A DNA stretch of 48,660 nucleotides, taken from NCBI GenBank assembly GCA_036555005.1, contig DATBME010000007.1, positions 1 through 48,660 on the forward strand, given 5' to 3'. The DNA is from Candidatus Limnocylindria bacterium. Lineage in GTDB: Bacteria > Chloroflexota > Limnocylindria > QHBO01. Both the position numbers and the translations under genes were made by a program. The notes under the pieces are model-generated. The model was not told the origin of the DNA and searched no databases. It worked only from the letters and a program-made list of their open reading frames with translations. Below, piece by piece: positions 1 to 9,571 of the stretch (the first letter of the stretch is position 1; every line of letters begins with the position of its first letter).

Positions 1-315
1 CCGGTCGAGGATGACGTCGGCCGGGGCGCTGAGAAGGACGACCGCGTCGAAGCGGTCGTAGAACGTCGACTGGTACGTCACGCAGCATTCGACGAAGGTC
101 GAAAGACCATCGTCGGAATCGAGCAGCCGGGTGATCCTCTCCTCGACCCATAGCCACTCGCCGCGGTGCAGCGCGTCGGTGGGCTCAACATAGGCGCGAT
201 ATTCGCGCCAGCCCGGATCACCGGTGTCTACCACGCGATACCCGCGTCGGCCAAGCTCGGCGAGAGCCGACGACTTGCCGGTTCCTGACATCCCCGTGAC
301 GAGGACCCTCGACAT
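1..315 (-). CDS. P-loop NTPase (AAA / shikimate-kinase-like ATPase); C-terminus cut by window edge
   Basis: Own translation of the reverse strand from ATG at 313-315 gives MSRVLVTGMSGTGKSSALAELGRRGYRVVDTGDPGWREY... Walker A motif GMSGTGKS is present. The frame stays open to position 1. Absent from the ORF track because there is no stop in the window. Confidence 0.7.
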   Translation of the reverse strand, partial: MSRVLVTGMSGTGKSSALAELGRRGYRVVDTGDPGWREYRAYVEPTDALHRGEWLWVEERITRLLDSDDGLSTFVECCVTYQSTFYDRFDAVVLLSAPADVILDR

Positions 316-405
316 CGGAAAAAGGTAGCGAGTGTCAGGCGACGACGACTGAGTGAGTCGCTCGCCGACCAACGACCGTGGCCCGATCGCGGGGCCTGTC
401 GCCGG

Positions 406-756
406 CTATGGCCGCGGCTTGAAGCGACGAACCTCCTGGGGCCAGCCGCAGGCCTCAGCGATCTTGCCCGCCCACATCTTGGCGGCCTCGTCATCGGCCA
501 CGTCCACCACCGTGAACCCGCCAAGGAACTCCTTGGTCTCGATGAAGGGCCCGTCAGTGATGACCAGCGAGCCACTCGTCGCGTCCGCGCTGAAGGCCGT
601 GTCGACCTCCTCCTCAAGCCCACCGGCGAACACGAAGACGCCAGCAGCCTTCATCTCGTCGATGACCGCCTTGCCGAGCTGCCCGCGCCCGCGGAACCAC
701 TCCTCGGTGTGGTCGCCGACCCACTGCTGGTTGAAGTAGATGAGGTACTCGGTCAT
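406..756 (-). CDS. YCII-related domain protein
   Basis: 116 aa. The sequence MTEYLIYFNQQW...ITDGPFIETKEFLGGFTVVDV matches the YciI/DGPF-type pattern. AGGAG lies 5 nt upstream of the ATG. Confidence 0.75.
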   Translation of the reverse strand: MTEYLIYFNQQWVGDHTEEWFRGRGQLGKAVIDEMKAAGVFVFAGGLEEEVDTAFSADATSGSLVITDGPFIETKEFLGGFTVVDVADDEAAKMWAGKIAEACGWPQEVRRFKPRP

Positions 757-853
757 GACTGCTCCTTGCCCGGCGGACGCAGGTGCCCGCCTTCACTTAC
801 GCGACGAACGGCGAGAGGCAAGATCGACACCGGAGGCCCGGTCAGGACCTGAA

Positions 854-1978
854 TCAGCCCTCGATCAGACGCTGCACGTCCTGGATCGAGATCAAGATGA
901 CGAGCGCGATCAGGACCATGAAGCCGGTCAGGTAGATCAACGCCTCGCGCTCGGCGGGGAGCTTCCGGCGCCGCACCGCCTCGATCAGCACCACCGCGAT
1001 CCGCCCGCCGTCGAGCGGTGGGAAGGGCAGCACGTTCAGCACCGCCAGGTTGACCGACAGGATGCCGACGAAGATGAGCTGGTTGACCAGCGGCGCCTGC
1101 AGCTGGCGTCCGGTCTCCTCCGCGATCCCGATCGGCCCCACCGCCGAGCCGGCGCTGTCGTTCAACCCGAGCAGGCCGCCAACCGCCTCGGCCAGGCCGC
1201 CGGGAATGCGAATCGCCAGGTAGCCGGCCTCGGAGAAGCCCTTGACCACGGCGTCGACCGGCCCGCTGACGCTGGACGGCACCTCCACGAACCGCTCCGG
1301 CTCGTAGCTGAAGCCGATGGCGCCCTTGCCCTGCGCGAGATCCTGGTCGGTCAGCTGGCGGGGCACCACCGTGACGTCGATCAGTGAGCCGCCGCGCTCG
1401 ATGCCCAGCACGACCTCCTCCCCCGCCTGGGAGCGGACGTAGGCGGTCAGGTCGGCGGAAGCCGGGAACGTCCGCCCATCGGCCGACACGATCTGGTCGC
1501 CGACCTGCAGGACCTCCTCGGCCGGGCTGTCGGGCTGGATCTGGGTGACCGTCAGCGGGCCGCGCCCCTGCGGAATCGGCATCGCCAGGGCGACCGAGAA
1601 GAGGATCCCGGCCAGCAGGAAGTTCATGACCACGCCGGCCAGCAGGACCACCATGCGGACGCCGATCGGCTTGCGGTTGAAGGCACCCTCCATGGCCTTG
1701 TCGACCGCCGCCTCGGACAGCCCGCGCTCGCGCATCTTCTGCGCCTCGGTCTCGCCGTCCTCGCCCAGCATCTTCACGAAACCGCCGAGCGGGATCCAGT
1801 TCAGCGAGTAGCGCGTCCCGTGCCAGACCACCGAGGTGATCCGCGGCGGGAAGCCGATGCCGAACTCCTGGACCGTGATCCCGGCGCGCTTGGCGGCGAA
1901 GAAGTGGCCGAGCTCGTGCACCAGCACCAACACGACCAGCACCGCCAGGAAGGCGACGATGGTCCCGAGCACCTCCAT
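854..1978 (-). CDS. rseP: RIP metalloprotease RseP (site-2 protease, M50 family)
   Basis: HELGHF (HExxH) lies in the first TM helix, followed by a central PDZ-like segment and C-terminal NVLPFPPLDGG. Start moved to the internal ATG (MEVLGTIVAF...), which shares 1 nt with the dxr stop (TGATG). The upstream 33 codons of the track ORF are Arg/Gly-rich. Confidence 0.9.
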   Translation of the reverse strand: MEVLGTIVAFLAVLVVLVLVHELGHFFAAKRAGITVQEFGIGFPPRITSVVWHGTRYSLNWIPLGGFVKMLGEDGETEAQKMRERGLSEAAVDKAMEGAFNRKPIGVRMVVLLAGVVMNFLLAGILFSVALAMPIPQGRGPLTVTQIQPDSPAEEVLQVGDQIVSADGRTFPASADLTAYVRSQAGEEVVLGIERGGSLIDVTVVPRQLTDQDLAQGKGAIGFSYEPERFVEVPSSVSGPVDAVVKGFSEAGYLAIRIPGGLAEAVGGLLGLNDSAGSAVGPIGIAEETGRQLQAPLVNQLIFVGILSVNLAVLNVLPFPPLDGGRIAVVLIEAVRRRKLPAEREALIYLTGFMVLIALVILISIQDVQRLIEG

Positions 1979-3123
1979 CAGGCCACGCCCGTCCCGAGCT
2001 GGGCGGTCAGCCCGTGACGGACCTCGGCGTCGAGTGCCAGGATGCCGTGCAGCGACGGTTCGTCCTCGGTTCCCCATCGGTCGACGGCCTGCGCGATGGT
2101 GTCGGCGATGCGCGTGAACGGCAGGTCCCCGGCCAGGAAGGCCGTCACCGCCACCTCGTCGGCCGCGTTGAGGATGACGCCGCGGTTCCCGCCGGCAGCC
2201 GCCGCCCGCCGAACCGCGGCGTACGCCGGATAGCGGTCCTCATCCAGCGGCAGGAACTCCAGGGCGCCCCATTCCTCGGGCGCGGCGTGCCGCGCCGGCG
2301 AGGGCAGGCGCTCCGGGAAGCTGAGGGCGTACTGAATCGGGAGGCGCATGTCGGGCACACCGAGCTGGGCCTTGTAGGAGCCATCGGTGAACTCGACCAG
2401 CGAGTGCACCACGCTCCGGGGGTGGATCACTGCATCAATCCTACTGTACGCAAGCCGGTACAGCCATCGCGCCTCCATCGCCTCGAACGCCTTGTTCACC
2501 AGCGTGGCCGAATCGATCGTGATCTTCGGCCCCATCTGCCAGGTCGGATGCGCCAGCGCCTCCTGGGGCGTCACGTGCTCAAGCTCGACCAGCGGACGAT
2601 CACGGAACGGCCCGCCCGAGGCCGTGAGCACCAGACGTTGAACCGATGCGATCCGTTCCCCGAGCAGGCATTGCCAGATCGCAGAGTGCTCGCTGTCGAT
2701 GGGCCGCAGCTTGTCGAGCGTGTCCCCGCCGGCCGCGTCCAGTGCGGCTGCCACCAGGTGGCCACCGGCCACCAGCGTCTCCTTGTTGGCCAGCGCCACC
2801 CGGTGGCCCGCGCGCAACGCGGCCAGCACGGCCGGCAGGGCGGTCATGCCGGTCGTTGCCACCACCACCATGTCGGTGCCGTCGGCTGTGGCCAGCTCCT
2901 CCAGGCCACCATCGGCCCAGCGCGCAGCGCTGACGCCGTCGGGTCGCGCGGTCGGCGCCCAGGCGCGCGCCTCGGGCCAGGCCGCCAGCTGCTCGACCAG
3001 GCCGGGATGCTGTCCGCCGGCGGCCAGGCCCGTCACCGCGAAGCGATCCGGGTGCGCGGCGATGACCTCCAGGGTCTGGCGCCCGATCGACCCGGTGCTG
3101 CCCAGGACCGCGACGCCGATCAC
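1978..3123 (-). CDS. dxr: 1-deoxy-D-xylulose-5-phosphate reductoisomerase
   Basis: VIGVAVLGSTGSIG follows directly after GTG at 3121-3123, which overlaps the cdsA stop (GTGA). Motifs LANKE, DSEHSA and HPTWQMG are present. The 492-aa track ORF is a 5' over-extension into cdsA. Confidence 0.92.
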   Translation of the reverse strand: MIGVAVLGSTGSIGRQTLEVIAAHPDRFAVTGLAAGGQHPGLVEQLAAWPEARAWAPTARPDGVSAARWADGGLEELATADGTDMVVVATTGMTALPAVLAALRAGHRVALANKETLVAGGHLVAAALDAAGGDTLDKLRPIDSEHSAIWQCLLGERIASVQRLVLTASGGPFRDRPLVELEHVTPQEALAHPTWQMGPKITIDSATLVNKAFEAMEARWLYRLAYSRIDAVIHPRSVVHSLVEFTDGSYKAQLGVPDMRLPIQYALSFPERLPSPARHAAPEEWGALEFLPLDEDRYPAYAAVRRAAAAGGNRGVILNAADEVAVTAFLAGDLPFTRIADTIAQAVDRWGTEDEPSLHGILALDAEVRHGLTAQLGTGVA

Positions 3124-4019
3124 GTTCCGGCGCCCACCACCAGCAGCGCGTAGCCGGCCAGGACCGGGGCGGCGAACAGGAACGAGTCGATCCGATCCAG
3201 CATGCCGCCGTGACCCGGGAACAGGAACCCGGAGTCCTTGCGGTTGGCGGCGCGCTTCAGGAGCGACTCGGCCAGGTCGCCGGCCTGCGCCACCAGGCCG
3301 ATCAGCGGACCGATCACCAGCGCGTGCCATGGCTCCATGCCGACCAGCCAGGTGCCGATACCGGCGGCGATGGTCGCCGCCACCAGCCCTCCGGCCAGGC
3401 CTTCGATCGTTTTCGACGGGCTGACGTGATCGATCAGCCGCCGGCGTCCGATCCACCGCCCCGTCAGGTAGGCGCCGGTGTCATAGCCCCACACCAGCAG
3501 CAGCAGCGTGAACAGCCAGGCCGTTCCGGCACGCAGCGAGACGCCGCCAACCGTGGTCGCGGCGCTGCCATCGGCCGGTCCCAGGTGGCCGACAATGGCC
3601 ACGAACGGCAGCAGCAGCGAGATGTAGGCGACGCCGAAGGACGAGGTCGCCCAGGTGCTGAAGCCGGCGCGTGGATCCGTTCGCGTGAAGGCCGCCACCG
3701 CCAGCACCAGCACCGCCGCCACGTAGGCGACCACCGGCAGGCCCGGGATGGCCGCCGCCGCCAAAAGGCCGGAGAGCAGCTCGCCGACCACCTCCTGGTT
3801 CGCGGCGATCAGGGTGGCGGCCGCGACAACCAGCCCCACCGCCATCAGCACCACCTGCGGCGGCTGGAAGCCGGCGGCATCGAGCAGGCCGATCACCTCG
3901 ACCAGCGCCAGGAACACGATCAGCCCGACCAGCAGGGACAGCCACGGCTCGCCCAGCCAGGCCACCAGCAGGACCAGCGGCGCGCCGATGGCGGCTGTCA
4001 GGATCCGGGTGCGGAGCAA
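3120..4019 (-). CDS. cdsA: Phosphatidate cytidylyltransferase
   Basis: Polytopic membrane protein with the C-terminal signature SLLKRAANRKDSGFLFPGHGGMLDRIDS. Sits in the conserved uppS-cdsA-dxr context. Confidence 0.9.
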   Translation of the reverse strand: MLRTRILTAAIGAPLVLLVAWLGEPWLSLLVGLIVFLALVEVIGLLDAAGFQPPQVVLMAVGLVVAAATLIAANQEVVGELLSGLLAAAAIPGLPVVAYVAAVLVLAVAAFTRTDPRAGFSTWATSSFGVAYISLLLPFVAIVGHLGPADGSAATTVGGVSLRAGTAWLFTLLLLVWGYDTGAYLTGRWIGRRRLIDHVSPSKTIEGLAGGLVAATIAAGIGTWLVGMEPWHALVIGPLIGLVAQAGDLAESLLKRAANRKDSGFLFPGHGGMLDRIDSFLFAAPVLAGYALLVVGAGT

Positions 4020-4022
4020 CGT

Positions 4023-4709
4023 TCAGGCCCCGTAGCGGCGCTGCCGCATCGTGAACTCGGCCAGCGCCGCATCCAGGTCGGACTCGGCGAAGTCGGGCCA
4101 TAAGGCGCTGCAGAAGACCAGCTCCGCGTAGGCGCCCTGCCAGAGCAGGAAGTTGCTGGTGCGCTGCTCCCCGCCGGTCCGGATGATCAGGTCGGGGTCC
4201 GGCTGCCCGGCGGTGTACAGGTGCTCGGCCAGGCGCGCCTCGTCGATGTCATGGGCCGCCACGCCGGCAGCGATCAGGGCGCGCACCGCATCCACCACCT
4301 CGGTCCGCCCCGAGTAGTTGAAGGCGATGTTCAACGCCATGCGCCTGCCGCCGCGCGTCTTCTCCTCCGCCTCGCGGATGGAGCGCTGGATGTCGACCGG
4401 CGCTTCGTGCAGGCGGCCGATGACCCGGACCCGCACGCCCTCGGTCACCAGGTCATCGGTGTACTGGCGCACGGCCCCGTCGATCAGCCCGAACAGGCCC
4501 GCCACCTCCTCGTCGGAGCGGCGCCAGTTCTCCTGGCTGAAGACATACAGGGAGAGGACCTCGATCCCGCGTTCCGGAGCCACCCTGACGATGGGCCGGA
4601 TCGCCTCCACGCCCTGGACGTGGCCGGCGATGCTGGGCAGCCCACGGGCCGCCGCCCAGCGGCGGTTCCCGTCCATGATGATGGCGACGTGTCTCGGGCG
4701 CTCACGCAA
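4023..4709 (-). CDS. uppS: Isoprenyl transferase (undecaprenyl-diphosphate synthase family)
   Basis: HVAIIMDGNRRWA and RTGGEQRTSNFLLWQ motifs are present. The start codon is TTG. Confidence 0.92.
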   Translation of the reverse strand: MRERPRHVAIIMDGNRRWAAARGLPSIAGHVQGVEAIRPIVRVAPERGIEVLSLYVFSQENWRRSDEEVAGLFGLIDGAVRQYTDDLVTEGVRVRVIGRLHEAPVDIQRSIREAEEKTRGGRRMALNIAFNYSGRTEVVDAVRALIAAGVAAHDIDEARLAEHLYTAGQPDPDLIIRTGGEQRTSNFLLWQGAYAELVFCSALWPDFAESDLDAALAEFTMRQRRYGA

Positions 4710-4716
4710 GGGGCGC

Positions 4717-5274
4717 CTAGACCTCCATCAATTCCGCTTCCTTGCGCTCCGCCCGGCTGTCCACTGCCTCGACATGGCGATCGGTCAGTCGCTGGAGGTT
4801 GTCCAGCTCGCGGTGCTCCTCGTCCTCGGACAGGTCGCCGTCCTTCAGGCCGCGCTTGAGCTGGTCCGCCGCCTCACGGCGGTGGTTCCGGATCTCCACC
4901 CGCGCCTCCTCGGCGCGACGGCGCACCTGCTTCACCATCTCGCGGCGGCGCTCCTCGGTGAGCGGCGGCACGTTCAGGCGCACCACCGTGCCATCGACGT
5001 TCGGCACCAGGCCGATGTCGCTCTTGGTGATCGCCTTCTCGATGGCCGACAGGACCGATCGGTCCCAGGGCTGGATCACGATCAGGTGCGCGTCCGGCGT
5101 GCTGATGCCGGCAATCTGGTTGAGCGGCGTGGCGGTGCCGTAGTAGTCGACCGGGATGCGCTCCACCAGCGCGGTCGACGCGCGTCCGGTGCGGATGGCC
5201 GCGAAGTCGCGCTCCATGGCCTCCAGGGCGCGGAGCATCTTCGGCTCGGCCGCCACCAGCGCCTCGTGCGTCAT
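4717..5274 (-). CDS. frr: Ribosome recycling factor
   Basis: 185 aa, typical RRF length. Sequence includes ...[17 protein letters not shown]...[13 protein letters not shown]... Sits in pyrH-frr context with a 4-nt overlap to pyrH. Confidence 0.95.
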   Translation of the reverse strand: MTHEALVAAEPKMLRALEAMERDFAAIRTGRASTALVERIPVDYYGTATPLNQIAGISTPDAHLIVIQPWDRSVLSAIEKAITKSDIGLVPNVDGTVVRLNVPPLTEERRREMVKQVRRRAEEARVEIRNHRREAADQLKRGLKDGDLSEDEEHRELDNLQRLTDRHVEAVDSRAERKEAELMEV

Positions 5275-6017
5275 CCACTCACCTCCCCGCCGATCAGCGT
5301 CCCGATCGGCTCGCCGCGCACCGCGCGGACGATGTTGCCCGGTTGCGTCATGTCGAATACGACGATCGGCATCTCGTTGTCCATGGCCAGGCTCACCGCG
5401 GTCGCGTCGAGCGCCTCCAGCCGGTTCGACAGGAGATCGGTGTACGTGATCTGCTCGTAGCGACGGGCGGCCGGCTCCTTCTCAGGATCGGCATCATAAA
5501 CCCCGTCCACGCGAGTGGCCTTCAGGATCACCTCCGCGCCGATCTCCACCGCGCGCAGGGTCGCCGCGGTGTCGGTGGTGAAGTAGGGGTTGCCGGTGCC
5601 GGCCACCAGCACCACCGCTCGACCCTTCTCCAGGTGACGGATGGCCCGGCGCCGGATGTACGGCTCGCAGATCTCGGGCATGGCGATGGCCGACAGCACC
5701 CGGGTTGGGCAGCCGGTCTGCTCCAGCGCGTCCTGGATGGCCAGTCCGTTCATGACGGTGGCCAGCATGCCCATGTAGTCGGCGGTCGATCGGTCCATGC
5801 CGGTCGCGGCCGCGGACAGGCCCCGGAAGATGTTGCCGCCACCGACCACGATGGCGATCTGCACGCCTCCCTGGCCCGCCTCGGCCACCTGGCCGGCGAT
5901 GTCGCGGGCCACCTCGGGATCGATCCCGTACTGGCGCGGCCCCATCAGCGCTTCGCCTGAGAGCTTCAGCAGCACCCGGCCATAGCGCCCCGGAGCGAGG
6001 GGGGCCCGCTCGACCAC
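5271..6017 (-). CDS. pyrH: UMP kinase
   Basis: [10 protein letters not shown] and [10 protein letters not shown] motifs are present. GTG start. Sits in tsf-pyrH-frr context. Confidence 0.95.
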   Translation of the reverse strand: MVERAPLAPGRYGRVLLKLSGEALMGPRQYGIDPEVARDIAGQVAEAGQGGVQIAIVVGGGNIFRGLSAAATGMDRSTADYMGMLATVMNGLAIQDALEQTGCPTRVLSAIAMPEICEPYIRRRAIRHLEKGRAVVLVAGTGNPYFTTDTAATLRAVEIGAEVILKATRVDGVYDADPEKEPAARRYEQITYTDLLSNRLEALDATAVSLAMDNEMPIVVFDMTQPGNIVRAVRGEPIGTLIGGEVSG

Positions 6018-6019
6018 GT

Positions 6020-6655
6020 TCAGGCGGCCTCCTCGCCGTCCTGCTCGCCGGTCGTCTCGCCCACCGCCATGCGGGCGAAGCGGGCAACGCGAATGTTCTC
6101 GCCCAGCAACGCCACGCTATCGGTGATCAGGTCGGCCACCTTCTTGTCCGTGTCGCGGTACGGCTGCTCGAGCAGCACGACCGACTCGAGCCACTTGCTC
6201 AGCTTGCCGTCGACGATCTCGCCGATCCGATCAGCCGGGCGTCCCTCCGCGGCGGCCTCGTCGGAGAAGGCCTGGCGCTTGTCGTCCAGCACCTCCGCCG
6301 GCACGTCGTCCCGGCTGACGTACAGCGGTCCGAGCCCGGCGACCTGCATCGCCAGCTCGCGGGCCAGCTGTTGGAAGTCGTCGGTGCGCGCCACGAAGTC
6401 CGTCTCGCAGTTCAGCTCCAGCAGCACGCCGAGACGGCCGCCGTGATGGATGTAGCTGGTCACCACGCCCTCGCGAGCCTCACGACCGGCCTTCTTGGCC
6501 GCGGTCGACAGACCCTTGGCACGCAGCCAGGCGATCGCCTTCTCGACGTCGCCGTCGCTCTCCTCGAGCGCCCGCTTGCAGTCCATGATCCCGGCGCCCG
6601 TCTGGTCGCGCAGCTGCTTGACATCCTCGGGCTTGATCATCGTTGTCTGAGTCAT
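6020..6655 (-). CDS. tsf: Translation elongation factor Ts (short form)
   Basis: N-terminal UBA-like segment [37 protein letters not shown]. Lies directly downstream of rpsB. Confidence 0.93.
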   Translation of the reverse strand: MTQTTMIKPEDVKQLRDQTGAGIMDCKRALEESDGDVEKAIAWLRAKGLSTAAKKAGREAREGVVTSYIHHGGRLGVLLELNCETDFVARTDDFQQLARELAMQVAGLGPLYVSRDDVPAEVLDDKRQAFSDEAAAEGRPADRIGEIVDGKLSKWLESVVLLEQPYRDTDKKVADLITDSVALLGENIRVARFARMAVGETTGEQDGEEAA

Positions 6656-6673
6656 TCCTTCCTGGTCCCTGTG

Positions 6674-7585
6674 TCAGCTGGCCTGGTCGATCTCTGGCTC
6701 GGGCTCATCCTCCGCCGCTTCGGCCGCGCGCCGGGCTCGGGCCCGCCGCTCCTCCTCCTCGTCCTCCTCAGGCTCCGGCTCGAAGACAAGCGCCTCACCG
6801 GAAGCCAGGGCGGCGGTGTAGTCGGTGTCCTCGGCCAGCGCCGCCTCGTCGACCGGCGGCAGGGCCTCGGCCTGCTCGAACTCCTCGTCGAGCCGGGCCT
6901 GCCGCTCCTGCGAGGCGGCCAGCACCGCATCGGCCACCTTCTCGCAGATGAGCCGCACGGAGCGGATGGCGTCGTCGTTGGCGGGGATGACCCAGTCGAT
7001 CAGATCCGGGTCGCAGTTGGTGTCGGTCATGGCCACGATCGGGATCTCGAGGCGTCGTGCCTCGGCCACCGCGATCGACTCGCGATGGGGATCGACCACG
7101 AACAGCGCGCCCGGCAGGCGACGCATGCGACGAATGCCGCCCAGGGCGTGGTTCAGCTTGTCGATCTCCTCGACGAGCTTGCTGGCCTCCTTCTTGGTCA
7201 GCCGTTCGAACTCGCCCGCCTCGCGTCGCGCCTCGAGCGCCTCCAGGCGCTGGATGCGGCGCTTGATGGTGGTGAAGTTGGTCAGCATGCCGCCCAGCCA
7301 GCGGTTGTTGACGTAGTGCTGGCCGGAGCGCTCGGCCTCGGCGGCGATCGCCTCCTGCGCCTGCTTCTTGGTGCCGACGAACAGGATGCTGTCGCCGCGG
7401 CGGATCGTCGCGCCGATGAAGTCCAGGGCAGCTTCCAGCCGCGAGACGGTCTGCGCCAGGTCGATGATGTGGATCCCGTTGCGCTCCGCGAAGATGTAGG
7501 GGCGCATCTTGGGATTCCAGCGGCGGGTCTGATGCCCGAAGTGGACACCCGCCTCCAGGAGCTGCTTCATGGATGTGGCAGCCAA
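6674..7585 (-). CDS. rpsB: 30S ribosomal protein S2, with acidic C-terminal extension
   Basis: The conserved N-terminus is [27 protein letters not shown] lies 7 nt upstream of an in-frame TTG at 7583-7585. The alternative ATG start is at 7568-7570. The 385-aa track ORF is an Arg-rich 5' over-extension. Confidence 0.93.
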   Translation of the reverse strand: MAATSMKQLLEAGVHFGHQTRRWNPKMRPYIFAERNGIHIIDLAQTVSRLEAALDFIGATIRRGDSILFVGTKKQAQEAIAAEAERSGQHYVNNRWLGGMLTNFTTIKRRIQRLEALEARREAGEFERLTKKEASKLVEEIDKLNHALGGIRRMRRLPGALFVVDPHRESIAVAEARRLEIPIVAMTDTNCDPDLIDWVIPANDDAIRSVRLICEKVADAVLAASQERQARLDEEFEQAEALPPVDEAALAEDTDYTAALASGEALVFEPEPEEDEEEERRARARRAAEAAEDEPEPEIDQAS

Positions 7586-7751
7586 GCGTGAACCTCCGGT
7601 TCGTTCCTCCGCCCGCTTCGACTCCGCGCGATCGACCCGTGCGCCGTGCGGCGCATCGGGCACCGTGGATCGCGGGATCCGCGAGCGTGTGTGATGGGAT
7701 GACCCGGTTCGAATGACTGGCCCGATGGTGGCCGGTCGCGAACCGGTGGCC

Positions 7752-7760
7752 ACTATAGCA
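7752..7760 (-). promoter_or_regulatory. Candidate extended -10 promoter (TGcTATAGT) for rpsB-tsf
   Basis: The reverse strand reads TGCTATAGT about 165 nt upstream of the rpsB start. No good -35 is present, consistent with the extended -10 class. Confidence 0.45.
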
Positions 7761-7871
7761 CGGATGTTCGCCGGACTTCGGTCAGCTGGCCGGCACGGCC
7801 GCGCACGACACCGCAAATCAGCGCAGCGCACACAACAGTACCGAAGTACCCCATCCCCACCCGCACGTACC

Positions 7872-7899
7872 TTGACCGATCAGGGTGGGGTCGTACGTT
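7872..7899 (+). promoter_or_regulatory. Candidate sigma70-type promoter for the LysM/SLT gene
   Basis: TTGACC (7872-7877), a 16-nt spacer, then TACGTT (7894-7899). GGAGG lies 4 nt before the ATG at 7965. Confidence 0.4.
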
Positions 7900-7964
7900 G
7901 GTCCGGCTGTGAGGCGTAGCTCGCGAGGCGTGGCTCGCCCGCGGCACACAGCACCGGAGGCACG

Positions 7965-9158
7965 ATGTTGGCCCGTCCGTCACTCCGTTCGACGCTCCCC
8001 CGCTCGATCCGGCCCAAGCCGCTGATCCTGGCGCTGTCGGTGGCAGTCTCGATCGCGGCGGGCTCTCTGGACGCACTCCCGGCGGCGGCGAGCGATCGGA
8101 TGGTGGTCGTCCGGGCCGGGCAGACGCTGAGCGGCATCGCCGCCGCCTATGGGACGACGGTGCAGCGGCTGGTGGCCCTGAACGACATTGCCGACCCGAA
8201 CCTGATCTATGTTGGCCAGCGCCTTCGCCTGCGTCCGAAATCGGTTGCCGGTGGACGTCCACCGGAGCCCGCACGGCCCGCGCACCACCCCGCGCAGCCG
8301 GTCCTGCACCGCATCACCTACGGCGAGACGCTGACCGGCATCGCCATGCGCTACGGCACCACGATCCGCGCCCTGGTCGTTCGCAACGACCTGGCCGACC
8401 CCTCGCGCATCTATGCCGGTGACGTGCTGCGCATCTCCGGGGGGCATCGCCAGGCCCGCCGCCCCGTTGATCCACCACGCCCATCCGGCGGTCCGGCGCG
8501 GCCGGCTCCGAATACCCGGACCATCATCCACGTCGTGCGCGCCGGCGAGACGCTCTCGGGCATCGCCGTCCGCTACCGCGTCGGCATGGACGCCATCGCG
8601 ACGGCCAACGCGATCGGCAACCCCTCGTTCATCCTGACCGGGCAGCAGCTGCGGATTCCCGGCGTCCAGCCGGGTCACCATGCCCACCCGCGCCACCGTC
8701 CGCGCCACCGTCCGTCGCCGCCGAGCCCGGGGATGCCGCCGTCGATGGCGGCCGTCGTCAACCAGCGCAGCGCGGTGCGGCACCTGATCGTGCGGGAGGC
8801 GAGGCGCCAGTCATTCCCCGCCTCGCTCGCCCTGGCGGTCGCCTGGCAGGAGTCCGGCTGGCAGCCGGGCGTGGTCTCCAGTGCCGGCGCCATCGGGGTG
8901 ATGCAGCTGTTGCCGTCGACCGCCGACTGGGTGGGCGCCACCATGCTGCACCAGCACGTGAACCCGTGGGATGCGCGCAGCAATGTGCGGGCCGGGATCA
9001 CCCTGCTGAAGTACTACCTGGCCCGCTACGGCAACCGGCCGTTGGCACTGGCCGCCTACTACCAGGGCATGGCCGGGACGGACCGCTACGGCATCTATCC
9101 GATGTCGCGCGGCTATGTCGCCTCGATCCTCCACCTGCAGCGCCTGTTCGGAGGCTGA
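7965..9158 (+). CDS. Secreted lytic transglycosylase with three LysM domains
   Basis: N-terminal signal-like segment [15 protein letters not shown]. Three LysM repeats ([16 protein letters not shown]..., [15 protein letters not shown]..., [16 protein letters not shown]...). C-terminal SLT motif AWQESGWQ...GVMQL...YYQG. Confidence 0.85.
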   Translation: MLARPSLRSTLPRSIRPKPLILALSVAVSIAAGSLDALPAAASDRMVVVRAGQTLSGIAAAYGTTVQRLVALNDIADPNLIYVGQRLRLRPKSVAGGRPPEPARPAHHPAQPVLHRITYGETLTGIAMRYGTTIRALVVRNDLADPSRIYAGDVLRISGGHRQARRPVDPPRPSGGPARPAPNTRTIIHVVRAGETLSGIAVRYRVGMDAIATANAIGNPSFILTGQQLRIPGVQPGHHAHPRHRPRHRPSPPSPGMPPSMAAVVNQRSAVRHLIVREARRQSFPASLALAVAWQESGWQPGVVSSAGAIGVMQLLPSTADWVGATMLHQHVNPWDARSNVRAGITLLKYYLARYGNRPLALAAYYQGMAGTDRYGIYPMSRGYVASILHLQRLFGG

Positions 9159-9165
9159 GCGTGGC

Positions 9166-9531
9166 TCACCACTGGTCGATGCCCGGCGTCCTCGACAGGC
9201 GCCAGGAGCTGCCGGCCGGCACGAGGGCCACGAGGTCGATGCGCAGGCCCGCCACCGACACGTGGCGTTCGGCGGCGTAGCTGCCCAGCGACGTCCGCAG
9301 GCGGGTGAGGCGGCGACCGTCGATGGCCTCGGCAGGACCGCCGGTGCGGCCAGTGCGGCGGAGCTTGACCTCCACGCCGACCAGGCAGCCGCCCCGATCC
9401 AGGCAGATCAAGTCGATCTCCCCGAACGACGACCGCCAGCGACGCTCCAGGACGCGCCAACCGCGGCTCGTCAACCAGTGCGCGGCCGCGTCCTCGGCCA
9501 GGCGGCCGAGCCGTTGCTGCGGCGCCGGCAT
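9166..9531 (-). CDS. yraN: YraN-family endonuclease (UPF0102)
   Basis: The sequence GRLAEDAAAHWLTSRGWRVLERRWRSSFGEIDLICLD...VGVEVKLRR is the typical YraN pattern. Sits in rnhB-yraN context. Confidence 0.85.
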   Translation of the reverse strand: MPAPQQRLGRLAEDAAAHWLTSRGWRVLERRWRSSFGEIDLICLDRGGCLVGVEVKLRRTGRTGGPAEAIDGRRLTRLRTSLGSYAAERHVSVAGLRIDLVALVPAGSSWRLSRTPGIDQW

Positions 9532-9571
9532 GGCGCACCTCCAGTGGGAGGCGTGCGAATGGCCTCGGTGA

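Noticed and set aside
316-405. Possible terminator after the YCII gene (GGCGAGCGAC...GTCGTCGTCGCC, then TTTTT about 15 nt later)
   Set aside because: The stem is imperfect and the U-tract is displaced from it. It also lies directly in front of the next gene's ATG, so I could not support it as a terminator.
228-623. 131-aa minus-strand ORF
   Set aside because: It overlaps both the YCII gene and the P-loop gene in other frames, and it is Arg/Ser-rich junk.
7705-7720. GGTTCGAAT, a tRNA T-loop-like string
   Set aside because: The flanking bases cannot form a T-stem (CCCGG versus GACTG). No acceptor or anticodon arms can be drawn on either strand.
7571-7831. N-terminal extension of the rpsB ORF (385-aa version). 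Similar long 5' extensions occur in the track ORFs for dxr, rpe, rluD, lspA, rsmD, dtd, DUF177, nusB and rseP.
   Set aside because: The extensions are Arg/Pro/Gly-rich, overlap the upstream gene, and precede the conserved family N-termini. Internal starts give 1- or 4-nt coupling overlaps or proper SD spacing.
7820-7964. Possible c-di-AMP (ydaO-type) riboswitch upstream of the LysM/SLT cell-wall hydrolase
   Set aside because: Only a vague resemblance (GUAGCUCGCGAGGCGU versus the conserved AGCUAACCUCGUAAGCGU). The GGGGUGAAUC and ACGGGGA elements are missing, and the leader predicted from the promoter is only about 60 nt.
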